Position numbers and translations under genes: made by a program. The notes under the pieces are model-generated. The model had not been told where the DNA came from. It worked only from the letters and a program-made list of their open reading frames with translations, and made no database searches. Source: Squalus acanthias (taxonomy: Eukaryota). Taken from it: DNA of 64,000 bases. Of this stretch, positions 23,848 to 35,280 are shown piece by piece. The stretch lies in contig CM059432.1 of NCBI GenBank assembly GCA_030390025.1, positions 89,530,001-89,594,000 of the forward strand, given 5' to 3'. Every line of letters begins with the position of its first letter. Position 1 is the stretch's first letter.

Positions 23848-25408
23848 TGATGGCCTACATCCTAGGGCTTTAAAAGAGGTGGCTACAGAGATAGTGGAAG
23901 CATTGGTTTTGATCTTCCAGAATTCTCTAGATTCTAGAACGGTCCCATTATTCAAGAAATGAGGGAGAGAGAAAACAGGGACCTATAGGCCAGTTAGCCT
24001 GACATCAGTAAGAACATAAGAACATAAGAAATAGGAGCAGGAGTAGGCCAATCGGCCCCTCGAGCCTGCTCCGCCATTCAATAAGATCATGGCTGATCTG
24101 ATCCTAACCTCAAATCTAAAGAACACAAGAAGTAGGAGCAGGACCCGGCCACACAGCCCCTGGGCCCGCTACGCCACCCACAGGGCCTTGACCGATCCGA
24201 ACTCAGCCTCATGTCCAATTTCCTGCCTGCTCCCCGTAACCCCTAATTCCCTTTACTTCTAGGAAACTGAAAGTAGTAGAGAAAATATTAGAAGCTACTA
24301 TTAGGGACGTGGTAACAGGGCACCTAGAAAATCATAATATGATTAGGCATAATCAACACGGTTTTATGAAAGGGAAATCGTGTTTGACAAATCTATTGGA
24401 GTTTTTTGAGGGTGTAACTTGTAGGGTAGATAAGGGGGAACCTGTGAATGTAGTATACTTGGATTTTCAAAAGACATTCGATAAGGCGTCACACAAGAGG
24501 TTGTTACATAAGATTAGGGCTCATGGAATTGTGGTAATATATTAGCATAAATTGAGGATTGGTTAATGGCCAGAAAAGAGAGTAGGAATAAATGGGTCAT
24601 TTTCGGGTTGGCAGGTTGTAACTAGTGGGTACCGCAAGGATCCGTGCTGGGGCCTCAGCTATTTACAAGCTATGTCAATGATTTAGATGAGGGGACCGAG
24701 TGTAATGTATCCAAATTTGCTGATGATATAAAGATAGGTGGGAAAGGAAGCTGTGAGGAGGATGCAAAGAGGTTGCAAAGGGATATAGACAGGTTAAGTG
24801 ATTGGGCAACAAGGTGGCAGATGGAGTATAATGTGGGGAAATGTGAAATTATCCACTTTGTATGAAGAATAGAAAAGCAGAATATTTTTTAAAAGGTGAA
24901 AGACTGCTAAAAGTTGGTATTCAGAGAGATTTGGTTGTCCTTGTACATGAATCACAGAAAGTTAACATGTAGATACAGCAAGCAATTAAGAAAGCAAATA
25001 ATATGTTAGCCTTTGTTGCAGGGGGTGTGGAGTATAAGAGTAAGGAAGTCTTGCTGCAATTATGTAGTGCTTTGATGAGACCATGCCTTGAGTACCCTGT
25101 ACAGTTTTGGTCTCCTAACCTAAGGAAAGATATACTTGCCTTAGAGGGGTTGCAATTAAGGTTCACTAGATTGATTCCTGGGATGAGAGGGTTGTCATAT
25201 GAGGAGAGATTGAGTAGATTGGGCCTATATTCACTGGAGTTTAGAAGAATGAGAGGTGATCTCGTTGAAACGTATAAAATTCTTAGAGGGCTTGACAGGG
25301 TAAATGCTGAGAGGTTGTTTCCCCCCTGGAGAGTCTAGAACTAGGGGTCATAGTCTCAGGATAAGGGTTGGCCATTTAAGACCGAGAGGAGGAGGAATTT
25401 CTTCACTA
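23848..25408 (+). mobile_element. Older CR1 LINE RT fragment, interrupted at 24011-24271
   Basis: QHGFMKGKSCLTNLLEFFE, KFADDIK and RRMRGDLVETYKI in several frames. Confidence 0.93.
24011..24271 (-). mobile_element. CR1 3' end nested antisense in an older CR1
   Basis: Same tail and 3' UTR as 17362. AGTA duplicates at 24007-24010 and 24272-24275. Confidence 0.92.
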
Positions 25409-25690
25409 GATAATTTGTATCTGGTGATGTTGGTTAAGGAATAATTATTGGGCGGAACACGAGGAGAGCTCTCCTCCTCTTCTTTGAAAAGTGCAATGGG
25501 GTCTTTTACGTCCAGCTGAGCAGCCAGGCAAGGCCTTGGTTTAATGTTTCATCCAAAAGACAATGTAGCACTCCCTCAGTACTGCACTGAAGTGCCAGTT
25601 TGGATTATGTGGTCAAATCTCTGGAGTGGGGCTCGAACGCATGATTTTCTGACTCAGCAGCAAGAATGCTACCACTGAGCCAAGTTTGAC
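25408..25690 (-). mobile_element. Deu-SINE fragment (tRNA head plus Deu domain)
   Basis: Matches the reverse complement of about 27080-27380 and ends in GCTACCACTGAGCCA (A-box). Confidence 0.8.
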
Positions 25691-27073
25691 GCCACCAAGA
25701 CAATTATTTGTCAATCATTATGACTTTTATACAGCTTAACTGTATGTCACTGGTCTTGACTCAAGGGTAGATTTTACAAACTCATGTTCCCGATGCAGAG
25801 CTTTGTAGAGTGGGAACACCCATCAGGAATTTAGACGTAGAGGTTAGCGGGTTCTTCAGGATTTTCAGCCAGTTGGACAATCTCATAAAATTATAAATAG
25901 TCATTTCAACTTAAACAAATCTGCTCTAGTATTTTTTAGTTTAAATACAATGAAAGTGGTTGTAGAGTAAAGAGAACTGTTTTGTAGCACATTTTCTGAT
26001 TAGTTAGTTTCTCTGTACACACCAAGCTGCCTGAATATCCATCCTGTTATGCTGACCTGGGGGTTAGGATCCAAAGGCAAGTCATGATGTCATGTCTGAT
26101 GTTTCTGATTTGCTAATTATAATGTATGATTAATCATGCATTGTTTTCCCAGTGTCTAGAGAGTCTGGTAGCTGGTAATGCAGAACATTCTGAAGGTGAA
26201 GTGTTGCATTTAATTTTTCAAAAATTGCCACGTGCACTAGGCCCAAACTCAACAGGAAAGATGCAAGTATTAGTTATGGATTAGCACTGAAATATAATTC
26301 CTCAATGTCCCACGTACAACAACATTGCTTAGAATAGCTGATAGCAGTTCAATAATGAATTCTAGATTTAGCTGTTCATAGACAGGTGCTCTCTCATTAC
26401 AGTCTGAATTAGTCATTTATTTTCAAATGAATTACCGATAAGCACTGATGTATATTGGACGGGTTCAAGTTTAAAAATCAAATCTTCTGCCTCTTTGGTT
26501 TGATTAGGTTCAGATTATCTTGAATTTGTTTTCAGTTTCTTTCCTTCATTTCCTGACTGGAAAGGCAGTGCAAACGGGTGCCACCTGGGATTATTTGTGA
26601 CATGTCAAGCACATGTGACTTGAAGATTTCAGACATTCCTGTGAAGAACTGGTTGAGAGAAAATGTGTTTGCCTGCTGTGCGCTGAACAAAAAAAAGTCC
26701 AGACAAGTGGAGACCACACACTGTGAAACTACAGCAGAAAGCACTGTACTTGATTTTCCCCGTCTCTGTCATTGATGTTGATACGTGCACAAAGTCTGTC
26801 AACCTTATTGCTGAATTTTCACTATGGGGCAAAATTAAAGCCATTGTTATCGGATTGTTGCTTTTCGGAAAAGCAGTATGGGAAACCGTGCTGTGGATAA
26901 AAGTAAGTTCAACCATTTTCTTTTGCTCACTCCCTTTCCCTACATGTGGCCAGGTTGGCTTAAGAGCGGGTACTTAGGGGAGAGTTATGTTTCATATTTC
27001 TAGAGTGATCTACCTCATTGTGCAGTCCATAAAACAAATTACTATCATTTAAACCACTTGGTATTCTGCAATG

Positions 27074-27550
27074 TGTGTCAGCTGTGGCTCAGTTGGTAGC
27101 ACCCTCGCCTCTGAAGTCAGAAGGTTGTGGGTTCCAGTCCCACTCCAAGGGCTTGAGCACGTAAAGCTAGGCTGACACTCCAGTGCAGTGCTGAGGGAGT
27201 GCTGCACTGTCGGAGGTGCTGTCTTTCGGATGAGGCGTTAAACCGAGGCTCTTTCTGCTCTCTCAGGTGGATGTAAAACATCCCATGGCACTATTTCGAA
27301 GAAGAGCAGGGGAGTTATCCCCGGTGTCCTGGTCAATATTTATCCCTCAACCAACACAACAAAAAAAACAGATTATCTGCTCATTATCACATTGCTGTTT
27401 GTGGGAGCTTGCTGTGCGCAAATTGGCTGCCGTGTTTCCCACATTACAACAGTGACTCCACTTCAAAAGTACTTCAATGACTGTAAAGCACTTTGAGACG
27501 TCCGGTGGTCGTGAAAGGCGCTATATAAATGCAAGACTTTCTTTCTTTTT
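27074..27550 (+). mobile_element. Full-length tRNA-derived Deu-domain SINE (SacSINE1-like)
   Basis: Pol III A-box TGGCTCAGTTGG (27085) and B-box GGTTCCAGTCC (27130), a Deu-like core, an L2-type tail and a (CTTT)n end. Confidence 0.9.
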
Positions 27551-27724
27551 AATACTGATGACCATGTTGTTAGGGAGTAAAAGTGCAGCTGTCTATCTCT
27601 ATGTGACCCTGGCCCTTGGGGGGCCGATATAAATGTTACAGATTTCTAAATCTGCTTATAGGTAGATAGCAGAAAATCTGATCCTTCTGCTAATTGTACT
27701 GATACAGTTTTATGCAAATCAAAA

Positions 27725-30700
27725 AGGCCGGGTTGAGGGTGGGGGTCAGACACTCGGGAGGTTCAGACATCGCGGGGGGGTCTGGCATCGCGGTGGGTGG
27801 GGGGCAAATCAGACATCACGGGGGGTGGGAGTCGGCCAATTGCAGGGGTCCGATCGCGTGGAGGTAAGCTTGTTGGGCCTGAAAGAAACACTCCTGCTCC
27901 TCCTGGCCCACAAACAGTGCTGTAAATACACTTACCTCATGGATCCATCCCTTCTTGCCTTTTACCGGCTGTGATTTCCGAGGCCTGGGATTCCCAGCTT
28001 CCACGAGTTAAAAATAAAAATGCTGTTAAAATGGAGGCACGCAGCCTCCTTAAAAGATTTCAGTGGCAGACGCCCCTCCTGAGAGCGGGTTGGTCGCCTG
28101 CCACCCGACTGCCTCCGTTAAAACCGGGAGTGGGTGGGTTGGAGGCAGGTTAGAGGTGGGTTGGGGTTGGGGGCGGGTTGGAGGTGGGTTGGGGTTGGGG
28201 GCGGGTTGGGGTGGGGTTGGGGGCGGGTTGGGGTGGGGTTGGAGGCGGGTTGGAGGCAGGTTGGAGGTGGGTTGGTGTTGGGGGTGGGTTGGGGGTGGGT
28301 TGGAGGCGGGTTGGAGGTGGGTTGGAGGCGGGTTGGGGGCGGGTTGGGGGCGGGTTGGGGGCGGGTTGGAGGTGGGTTGGAGGCGGGTAGGGGGGCGGGT
28401 TGGGGCGGGTTGGGGGCGGGTTGGGGGCGGGTTGGGGGCGGGTTGGGGGCAGATGGAGGCGGGTTGGGGGCAGGTTGGAGGCAGGTTGGTGGCGGGTTGG
28501 AGGCAGGTTGGAGGCGGGTGGGGGTTGGGGTTGTAGGCGGGTTGGGTTGGGGTTGGGGTTGGAGGCAAGTTGGGGTTGGAGGCGGGTTGGGGTTGGCGTT
28601 GGGGGCGGGTTGGGGTTGGGGTTGGGGGCGGGTTGGGGTTGGAGGCGGGTTGGGGTTGGGGTTGGGGGCGGGTTGGGGTTGGGGGCGGGTTGGGGGCGGG
28701 TTGGGGGCGGGTTGGAGGCGGGTTGGGGCAGGTTAGAGGCGGGTTGGGGGCGGGTTGGAGGCGGGTTGGAGGCGTGTGGGGGTTGGGGTTGGAGGCGGGT
28801 TGGGTTGGGGTTGGGGTTGGAGGCAGGTTGGTGGCGGGTTGGAGGCAGGTTGGAGGCGGGTGGGGGTTGGGGTTGGAGGCGGGTTGGGTTGGGGTTGGGG
28901 TTGGAGGCAAGTTGGGGTTGGAGGCGGGTTGGGGTTGGCGTTGGGGGCGGGTTGGGGTTGGGGTTGGGGGCGGGTTGGGGTTGGAGGCGGGTTGGGGTTG
29001 GGGTTGGGGGCGGGTTGGGGTTGGGGGCGGGTTGGGGGCGGGTTGGGGGCGGGTTGGAGGCGGGTTGGGCAGGTTGGAGGCGGGTTGGGGGCGGGTTGGA
29101 GGCGGGTTGGAGGCGGGTGGGGGTTGGGGTTGGAGGCGGGTTGGGTTGGGGTTGGGGTTGGAGGCAGGTTGGGGTTGGAGGCGGGTTGGGGTTGGCGTTG
29201 GGGGCGGGTTGGGGTTGGGGTTGGGGGTGGGTTGGGGTTGGAGGCGTGTTGGGGTTGGGGTTGGGGGTGGGGTTGGGGTTGGGGTTGGGGTTGGGGTTGG
29301 GGGTGGGGTTGGGGTTGGAGGTGGGTTGGGGTTGGGGGTTGGGTTGGGGTTGGGTTGGGGTTGGGGTTGGAGGCAAGTTGGGGTTGGAGGCGGGTTGGGG
29401 TTGGCGTTGGGGGCGGGTTGGGGTTGGGGTTGGGGGCGGGTTGGGGTTGGAGGCGGGTTGGGGTTGGGGTTGGGGTTGGGGGCGGGTTGGGGTTGGAGGC
29501 GGGTTGGGGTTGGGGTTGGGGTTGGGGATGGGTTGGGGTTGGAGGCGGGTTGGGGTTGGGGTTGGGGTTGGGGGCGGGTTGGAGGCGGGTGGGGGTTGGG
29601 GTTGGAGGCGGGTTGGGTTGGGGTTGGGGTTGGAGGCAGGTTGGGGTTGGAGGCGGGTTGGGGTTGGCGTTGGGGGCGGGTTGGGGTTGGGGTTGGGGGT
29701 GGGTTGGGGTTGGAGGCGTGTTGGGGTTGGGGTTGGGGTTGGGGTTGGGGGTGGGGTTGGGGTTGGGGGTGGGGTTGGGGTTGGGGGTGGGGTTGGGGTT
29801 GGGGGTGGGGTTGGGGTTGGGGGTGGGGTTGGGGTTGGGGGTTGGGGTTGGGGTTGGGTTGGGGTTGGGGTTGGGGTTGGGGTTGGGGGTGGGGTTGGGG
29901 TTGGGGGTGGGGTTGGGGTTGGGGGTGGGGTTGGGGTTGGGGGTGGGGTTGGGGTTGGGGGTGGGGTTGGGGTTGGGGGTTGGGGTTGGGGTTGGGTTGG
30001 GGTTGGGGTTGGGGTTGGGGTTGGGTTGGGGTTGGGGTTCGGGTTGGGTTGGGGTTGGGTTGGGGTTGGGGGTGGGTTGGGGTTGGGTTGGGGTTGGGGT
30101 TGGGTTGGGGTTGGGGTTGGGGGTGGGTTGGGGTTGGGGTTGGGGTTGGGGTTGGGGTTGGGTTGGGTTGGGGTTGGGGTTGGGTTGGGGTTGGGGGTGG
30201 GGTTCGGGTTGGGTTGGGGTTGGGGTTGGGGTTGGGTTGGGGGTGGGTTGGGGTTGGGGTTGGGGGTGGGTTGGGGTTGGGGTTGGGGTTGGGGTTGGGG
30301 TTGGGTTGGGTTGGGGTTGGGGTTGGGTTGGGGTTGGGGTTGGGGTTGGGTTGGGGTTGGGGGTTGGGGTTGGGTTGGGGTTGGGGGTGGGTTGTGGTTG
30401 GGGTTGGGGTTGGGGTTGGGTTGGGGTTGGGGTTGGGGTTGGGGTTGGGGGTTGGGGTTGGGTTGGGGTTGGGGGTGGGTTGTGGTTGGGGTTGGGGTTG
30501 GGGTTGGGTTGGGGTTGGGGTTGGGGTTGGGTTGGGTTGGGGTTGGGGTTGGGTTGGGGTTGGGGTTGGGGTTGGGTTGGGTTGGGGTTGGGGTTGGGTT
30601 GGGGTTGGGGTTGGGTTGGGGTTGGGGTTGGAGGCGGGTTGGGGTTGAGGTTGGGGTTGGGGTTGGGGTTGGGGTTGGAGGCGGGTTGGGGTTGGGGGTG

Positions 30701-32428
30701 GGGTTGGGGTTGGAGGCGGGTTAGGGTTGGGGGTGGGGTTGGGGTTGGGGTTGGAGGCGGGTTGGGGTTGGGGGTTGGGTTGGGGTTGGGGGTGGGTTGG
30801 GGGTGGGGTTGGGGTTGGGGTTGGGGGTGGGGTTGGGGTTGGGGTTGGGGTTGGGGTTGGGGTTGGGGGTGGGTTGGGGGTGGGGTTGGGGTTGGGGTTG
30901 GGGTTGGGGTTGGGGTTGGAGGCGGGTTAGGGTTGGGGGTGGGGTTGGGGTTGGGGTTGGAGGCGGGTTGGGGTTGGGGGTTGGGTTGGGGTTGGGGGTG
31001 GGTTGGGGGTGGGGTTGGGGTTAGGGTTGGGGGTGGGGTTGGGGGTGGGGGTGGGGTTGGGGATGGGTTGGGGTTGGGTTGGGGTTGGGGGTGGGTTGGG
31101 GTTGGGTTGGGGTTGGGGTTGGGGTTGGGTTGGGGTTGGGTTGGGGTTGGGGTTGGGGGGTGGGTTGGGGTTGGGGTTGGGGTTGGGTTGGGGTTGGGGT
31201 TGGGGTTGGGGTTGGGGGTGGGTTGGGGTTGGGGTTGGGGTTGGGGGTGGAGGCGGGTTGGGGTTGGGGGTTGGGTTGGGGTTGGGGGTGGGTTGGGGGT
31301 GGGGTTGTGGTTGGGGTTGGGGGTGGGGTTGGGGTTGGGGTGGGTTGGGGTTGGGTTGGGGTTGGGGTTGGGGTTGGGGTTGGGGTTGGGTTGGGGTTGG
31401 GGGTGGGGTTGGGGTTAGGGTTGGGGGTGGGGTTGGGGTTGGGGGTGGGGTTGGGGTTGGGTTGGGGTTGGGTTGGGGTTGGGGGTGGGTTGGGGTTGGG
31501 GGTGGGGTTGGGGTTGGGTTGGGGTTGGGTTGGGGTTGGGGGTGGGGTTGGGGTTGGGTTGGGGTTGGGGTTGGGGTTGGGGGTGGGTTGGGGTTGGGGT
31601 TGGGGTTGGGTTGGGGTTGGGGTTGGGGTTGGGGGTGGGTTGGGGTTGGGGTTGGGTTGGGGTTGGGTTGGGGTTGGGCTGGGGTTGGGGTTGGGGGTGG
31701 GGTTGGGGTTGGGGGTGGGTTGGGGTTGGGGTTGGGGTTGGGGTTGGGGTTGGGGGTTGGGGTTGGAGGCGGGTTGGGGTTGGGGGTTGGGTTGGGGTTG
31801 GGGTCGGGGTTGGGGTTGGGGTTGGGGGTTGGGGTTGGGGTTGGGGTTGGGGTTGGAGGCGGGTTGGGGTTGGGGGTTGGGTTGGGGTTGGGTTGGGGTT
31901 GGGTTGGGGTTGGGTTGGGGTTGGGGTTGGGGTTGGAGGCGGGTTGGGGTTGGGGTTGGGGTTGGGGTAGGGGTTGGGGTTGGGTTGGGGTTGGGGTTGG
32001 GGTTGGGGTTGTGGGCAGGTTGGGGTTGGGTTGGGTTTGGGGTTGGGGTTGGGGTTGTGGGCAGGTTGGGGTTGGGGTTCGGGGCGGGTTGGGGTTGGGG
32101 TTGGGGTTGGGTTGGGGTTGGGGTTGTGGTTGGGGTTGGAGGCGGGTTGGGGTTGGGGTTGGGGTTGGGGTAGGGGTTGGGGTTGGGTTGGGGTTGGGGT
32201 TGGGGTTGGGGTTGTGGGCAGGTTGGGGTTGGGTTGGGGTTGGGGTTGGGGTTGGGGTTGTGGGCAGGTTGGGGTTGGGGTTCGGGGCGGGTTGGGGTTG
32301 GGGTTGGGGTTGGGTTGGGGTTGGGGTTGTGGTTGGGGTTGGTGTTGGGGTTGGTTTGAAATTTAACATTTTTTTACCTTCCCACCTGGCCACAACCCAC
32401 CTCTCCTTGGGGGTTAAATTTCCACCCC
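27725..32428. mobile_element. Harbinger-type MITE hosting a 4.2-kb satellite; left TIR not found
   Basis: 27930-28135 and 32355-32400 are collinear with 51605-51900. The right end GGGGGTTAAATTTCCACCCC is followed by CAG|GTCTTT. Confidence 0.75.
28130..32355. repeat. G-rich telomere-like array: GGAGGCGGGTT / GGGGGCGGGTT units grading into (GGGGTT)n
   Basis: Directly visible. Only a few TTAGGG units (for example 30721, 30928, 31021, 31415). Confidence 0.97.
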
Positions 32429-32444
32429 CAGGTCTTTAAGAACC

Positions 32445-32830
32445 ATCTCAAAACTCTTCACAAATAATGAATCACAGTAAAGTGTAGTGACTTGTTATGT
32501 GGGCAAATCTGGCAGACATTTTTCACAAAGCATGATTTTGTAAATATCAGTGTGATTAATAACCAATTAATCTATTTGCTGTTGGTTTTGGTTGAGGGAG
32601 CAATGTTGTTCGGGACACTCGGAGAACTAGCTTCTCTTCATCAAATAGTTACAAGGTACATTTTCATTTGCCTAAACTATTAGAACAGGAAGTTTAACAT
32701 CTCATCTTACGAATGGCACCAAGAACAATAAAACACCCTCAATGCTGCTCTGGAATGTTAGCCTAAATCTATGTACTTAAGGAACCCACAACCTTCTCCC
32801 CTCAGAAGTGAGAGACTATTAATTAAGCTA
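32445..32830 (-). mobile_element. Old Deu-SINE copy
   Basis: Diverged match to the reverse complement of the 27074 SINE. Confidence 0.6.
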
Positions 32831-33011
32831 AGCTGACAAACCAACCAACAAACACAGCTAAATCCAAGGGATCTATGTGAATTAGATGTAAATAACACAC
32901 AAGCTGAATTTAAAATGGCCTCAGTGATATGTAAATCAAAAGAAAGATGACCGCTTGGCTAATTCTGAAACAAACACATGTAATAAGCATCACAAACAAT
33001 GCATCCTGAGG

Positions 33012-33224
33012 TAAAAACAGAAAATGCTGGAGAAACTCAGCAGGTCAGGCAGCATCTGTGAAGAGAGAAAAAGAGTTAACATTTCAGAACTGACGAAAGG
33101 TCATTGACCTGAAACGTTAACTCTGTTTCTCTCTTCACAGATGCTGTCTGACCTGCTGAATTTCTCCAGCATTTTCTGTTTTTATTTCAGATTTCCAGCA
33201 TCTGCAGTATTTTCTTTTTGTATT
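33012..33224 (+). mobile_element. Penelope-like palindromic remnant with 14-bp target duplication
   Basis: Inverted arms of about 75 bp (33012-33087 and 33109-33184). AATGCATCCTGAGG at 32998-33011 and 33225-33238. Confidence 0.85.
33085..33125 (+). ncRNA. Minimal hammerhead-ribozyme-like motif
   Basis: CTGACGA (33090), stem II AGGTC/GACCT, then GAAACGTT (33111). Stem I is imperfect. Confidence 0.6.
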
Positions 33225-33739
33225 AATGCATCCTGAGGATTCACTTGTTGAAAAAATTCTTCACAGCAAGAGCAACTTACTTGATACTTGACCCCATGTG
33301 CAAGAGAATCAAAATGGCTGGGAAGGTCAGATCATGCAATCTCTGAGCTGCAAAGTGAAGAGTGAATTTGTTGGAAATATCTTAATGATATCCAGAGACA
33401 AGACAGACAAAAATTGACCTCTGCAAAGACAAATAAAGGTAGTGAGCGTGGCACTGTAGAGTAACTTATTGAAGCATGGGAGCGAACTACTAAATCATGT
33501 GCCCCATGCAAAGGAATTTGAGTTGAGTGGGCCCTGGATGAAAGGTAATCCTAATCAAGGAGACTGCTTTTCATATCATGAGGCTGGAGACCAGAGTAGA
33601 AAAAGGTAAGGGACAGCCTGGAGGCTCTCCCAAAGCTCAGGTCTAGTAATATCCTTTTTTTAAATTCATCTTCCTCCACCTACTCATTCACTTACAGGCA
33701 TATACTACATAGAAGGAAAGACAGAACTTTACATCGTAT

Positions 33740-33955
33740 TACTTAGAACGTATAGCATTGAACAAGGCCATTTGGGCCAACAAGTCCAATTTGGTGTTTA
33801 TGCTCCACACGAGCCTCCTCCCACCCTTCTTCATCTAACCCGATCAGCATAACCTTCTATTCCTTTCTCTCTCATGTGTTTATCTAACTTCCCCTTAAAT
33901 GCATCTATACTATTCGCCTCAACCACTCCCTGTGGTAGCAAGTTCCACATTCTAA
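33740..33955 (-). mobile_element. CR1-type LINE 3' end fragment
   Basis: AGGCCATTTGGGCC stem followed by CCACTCCCTGTGGTAGCAAGTTCCACATTCT, the antisense of the WNxLP motif. Confidence 0.65.
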
Positions 33956-34390
33956 CCTGCATTTATACTGTGTCTTTCATGACCTCGGGGCATGACAAAG
34001 CACGTCACAGACAATGAATTACTTTTGAAGTGAAGTCATTGTTATCATGTAGGGAAACACAGCAGCCAATTTGCGCACAGAAACTTCCCAGAAACTGAAA
34101 TGATATAAATGACAAGATAATCTGTTTTTTAGTGATGTTGGAGGAAGGGTACATATTGGCCAGGATACCAGAAGAACTTTCATGCTCTTCTTCAAATAGC
34201 TCCATGGGATCTTTTAAGTCCACCTGAGCAGGCCAGGTGAACTTAAAAGTTCAACATCTCATCTAAAAGACAGCAGCTCTGACAATGTAGTACTTCTTCA
34301 GTACTGTAGTACTATGATCTCTGAAGTGGGACTTCAACACATGACCTTCTAACTCAGAGATGAAAGTGCTACCACTGAGCCAAGGCTGAT
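33956..34390 (-). mobile_element. Deu-SINE, near full length
   Basis: Tail, Deu core and tRNA head all match the reverse complement of the 27074 SINE. Confidence 0.85.
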
Positions 34391-34825
34391 AATTACAAGT
34401 CACCACTCAAATCGTTCTTCAGCTGCTGAGCCCAGGGATTGGCATATCATGGAGCCCACATGTGGAGGAAGGCTGCTATCTGAGAACCAGTGCTTCATGC
34501 AGTAATTTGAGGGTGCTCAAAGCACCCTGCAAGTTCTGGCAGTGACTGTGAAAGAATCCACTACTCTTGTGTACTGCGATGTAGAATTGATTTACAGAAC
34601 CGCAAGCCATCAAGGAGCACATGGGAACTACACAGCCATCTTCAGCAGATCACCCAATCACAAAGATCTTCAGCCCAATCACAGTTTATCTCTAGAATGC
34701 TCTGACTGCGACTGAGACCAATGTACAGGAGTCAACATACCGGAGAGTCAGGTTGAAAGAAAATTGGTGCAGAGCTTCACACGTTTCAGTGCTGGCCAAC
34801 AGTCTGTTCACATGCTTTTCCCTGG

Positions 34826-35208
34826 ACGGGCACGGTAGCATAGTGGTTATGTTACTGAACTCATAATCCAGACTAATGATCTGGGGGAACATGAGTTCAC
34901 AATCCCACCACAAGCAGATGTGGAATTTTAATTCAATTAATTAAATAAATCTGGAATAAAAAGCTAGCATCAGTAATGGTGAACATGTAACTACCAGATT
35001 GTTGTAAAAGTCCATCTGGTTCACTAATGTCCTTCAGAGAAGGAAATCTGCTGTCCTTACCTGGTCTGGCCTATAGGTGACTCCAGCAATGTGGTTGACT
35101 CTTAACTGCCCTCTGTAATGGCCCAGTAAGCCACTCAGCTAAGGGTAATTAGGGCAATAAATGCTGGGCTTGCCAGCGACACCCACATCCCGTTAATGAA
35201 TAAAAAAA
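34826..35208 (+). mobile_element. Second tRNA-derived SINE family
   Basis: A-box TAGCATAGTGG and B-box-like GAGTTCACAATCCC. The tail GCAATAAATGCTGG...CCCACATCCC...GAATAAAAAAA is shared with the LINE at 46862. Confidence 0.8.
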
Positions 35209-35280
35209 ATATAGTGAGTATTCAGCAGCTGGGGCACGGCAAGAAGAAATTCTTGCATCTTGGGGCAATGCCATATCTGT

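Noticed and set aside
26532..26977. Cluster of short ORFs in unique sequence
   Set aside because: No recognisable homology or convincing splice pair. It may be conserved non-coding DNA, which cannot be shown from this sequence alone.
27074..27150. tRNA gene
   Set aside because: The A and B boxes run into a SINE body and tail, and there are many decayed copies.
28130..32355. Canonical interstitial telomere or chromosome-fusion scar
   Set aside because: TTAGGG is rare, there is no head-to-head inversion, and the flanks are MITE sequence.
28050..32439. Very long Gly/Trp/Val- or Pro/Asn/Thr-rich ORFs (up to 887 aa)
   Set aside because: Artefacts of a stop-free G/T repeat, open in many frames on both strands.
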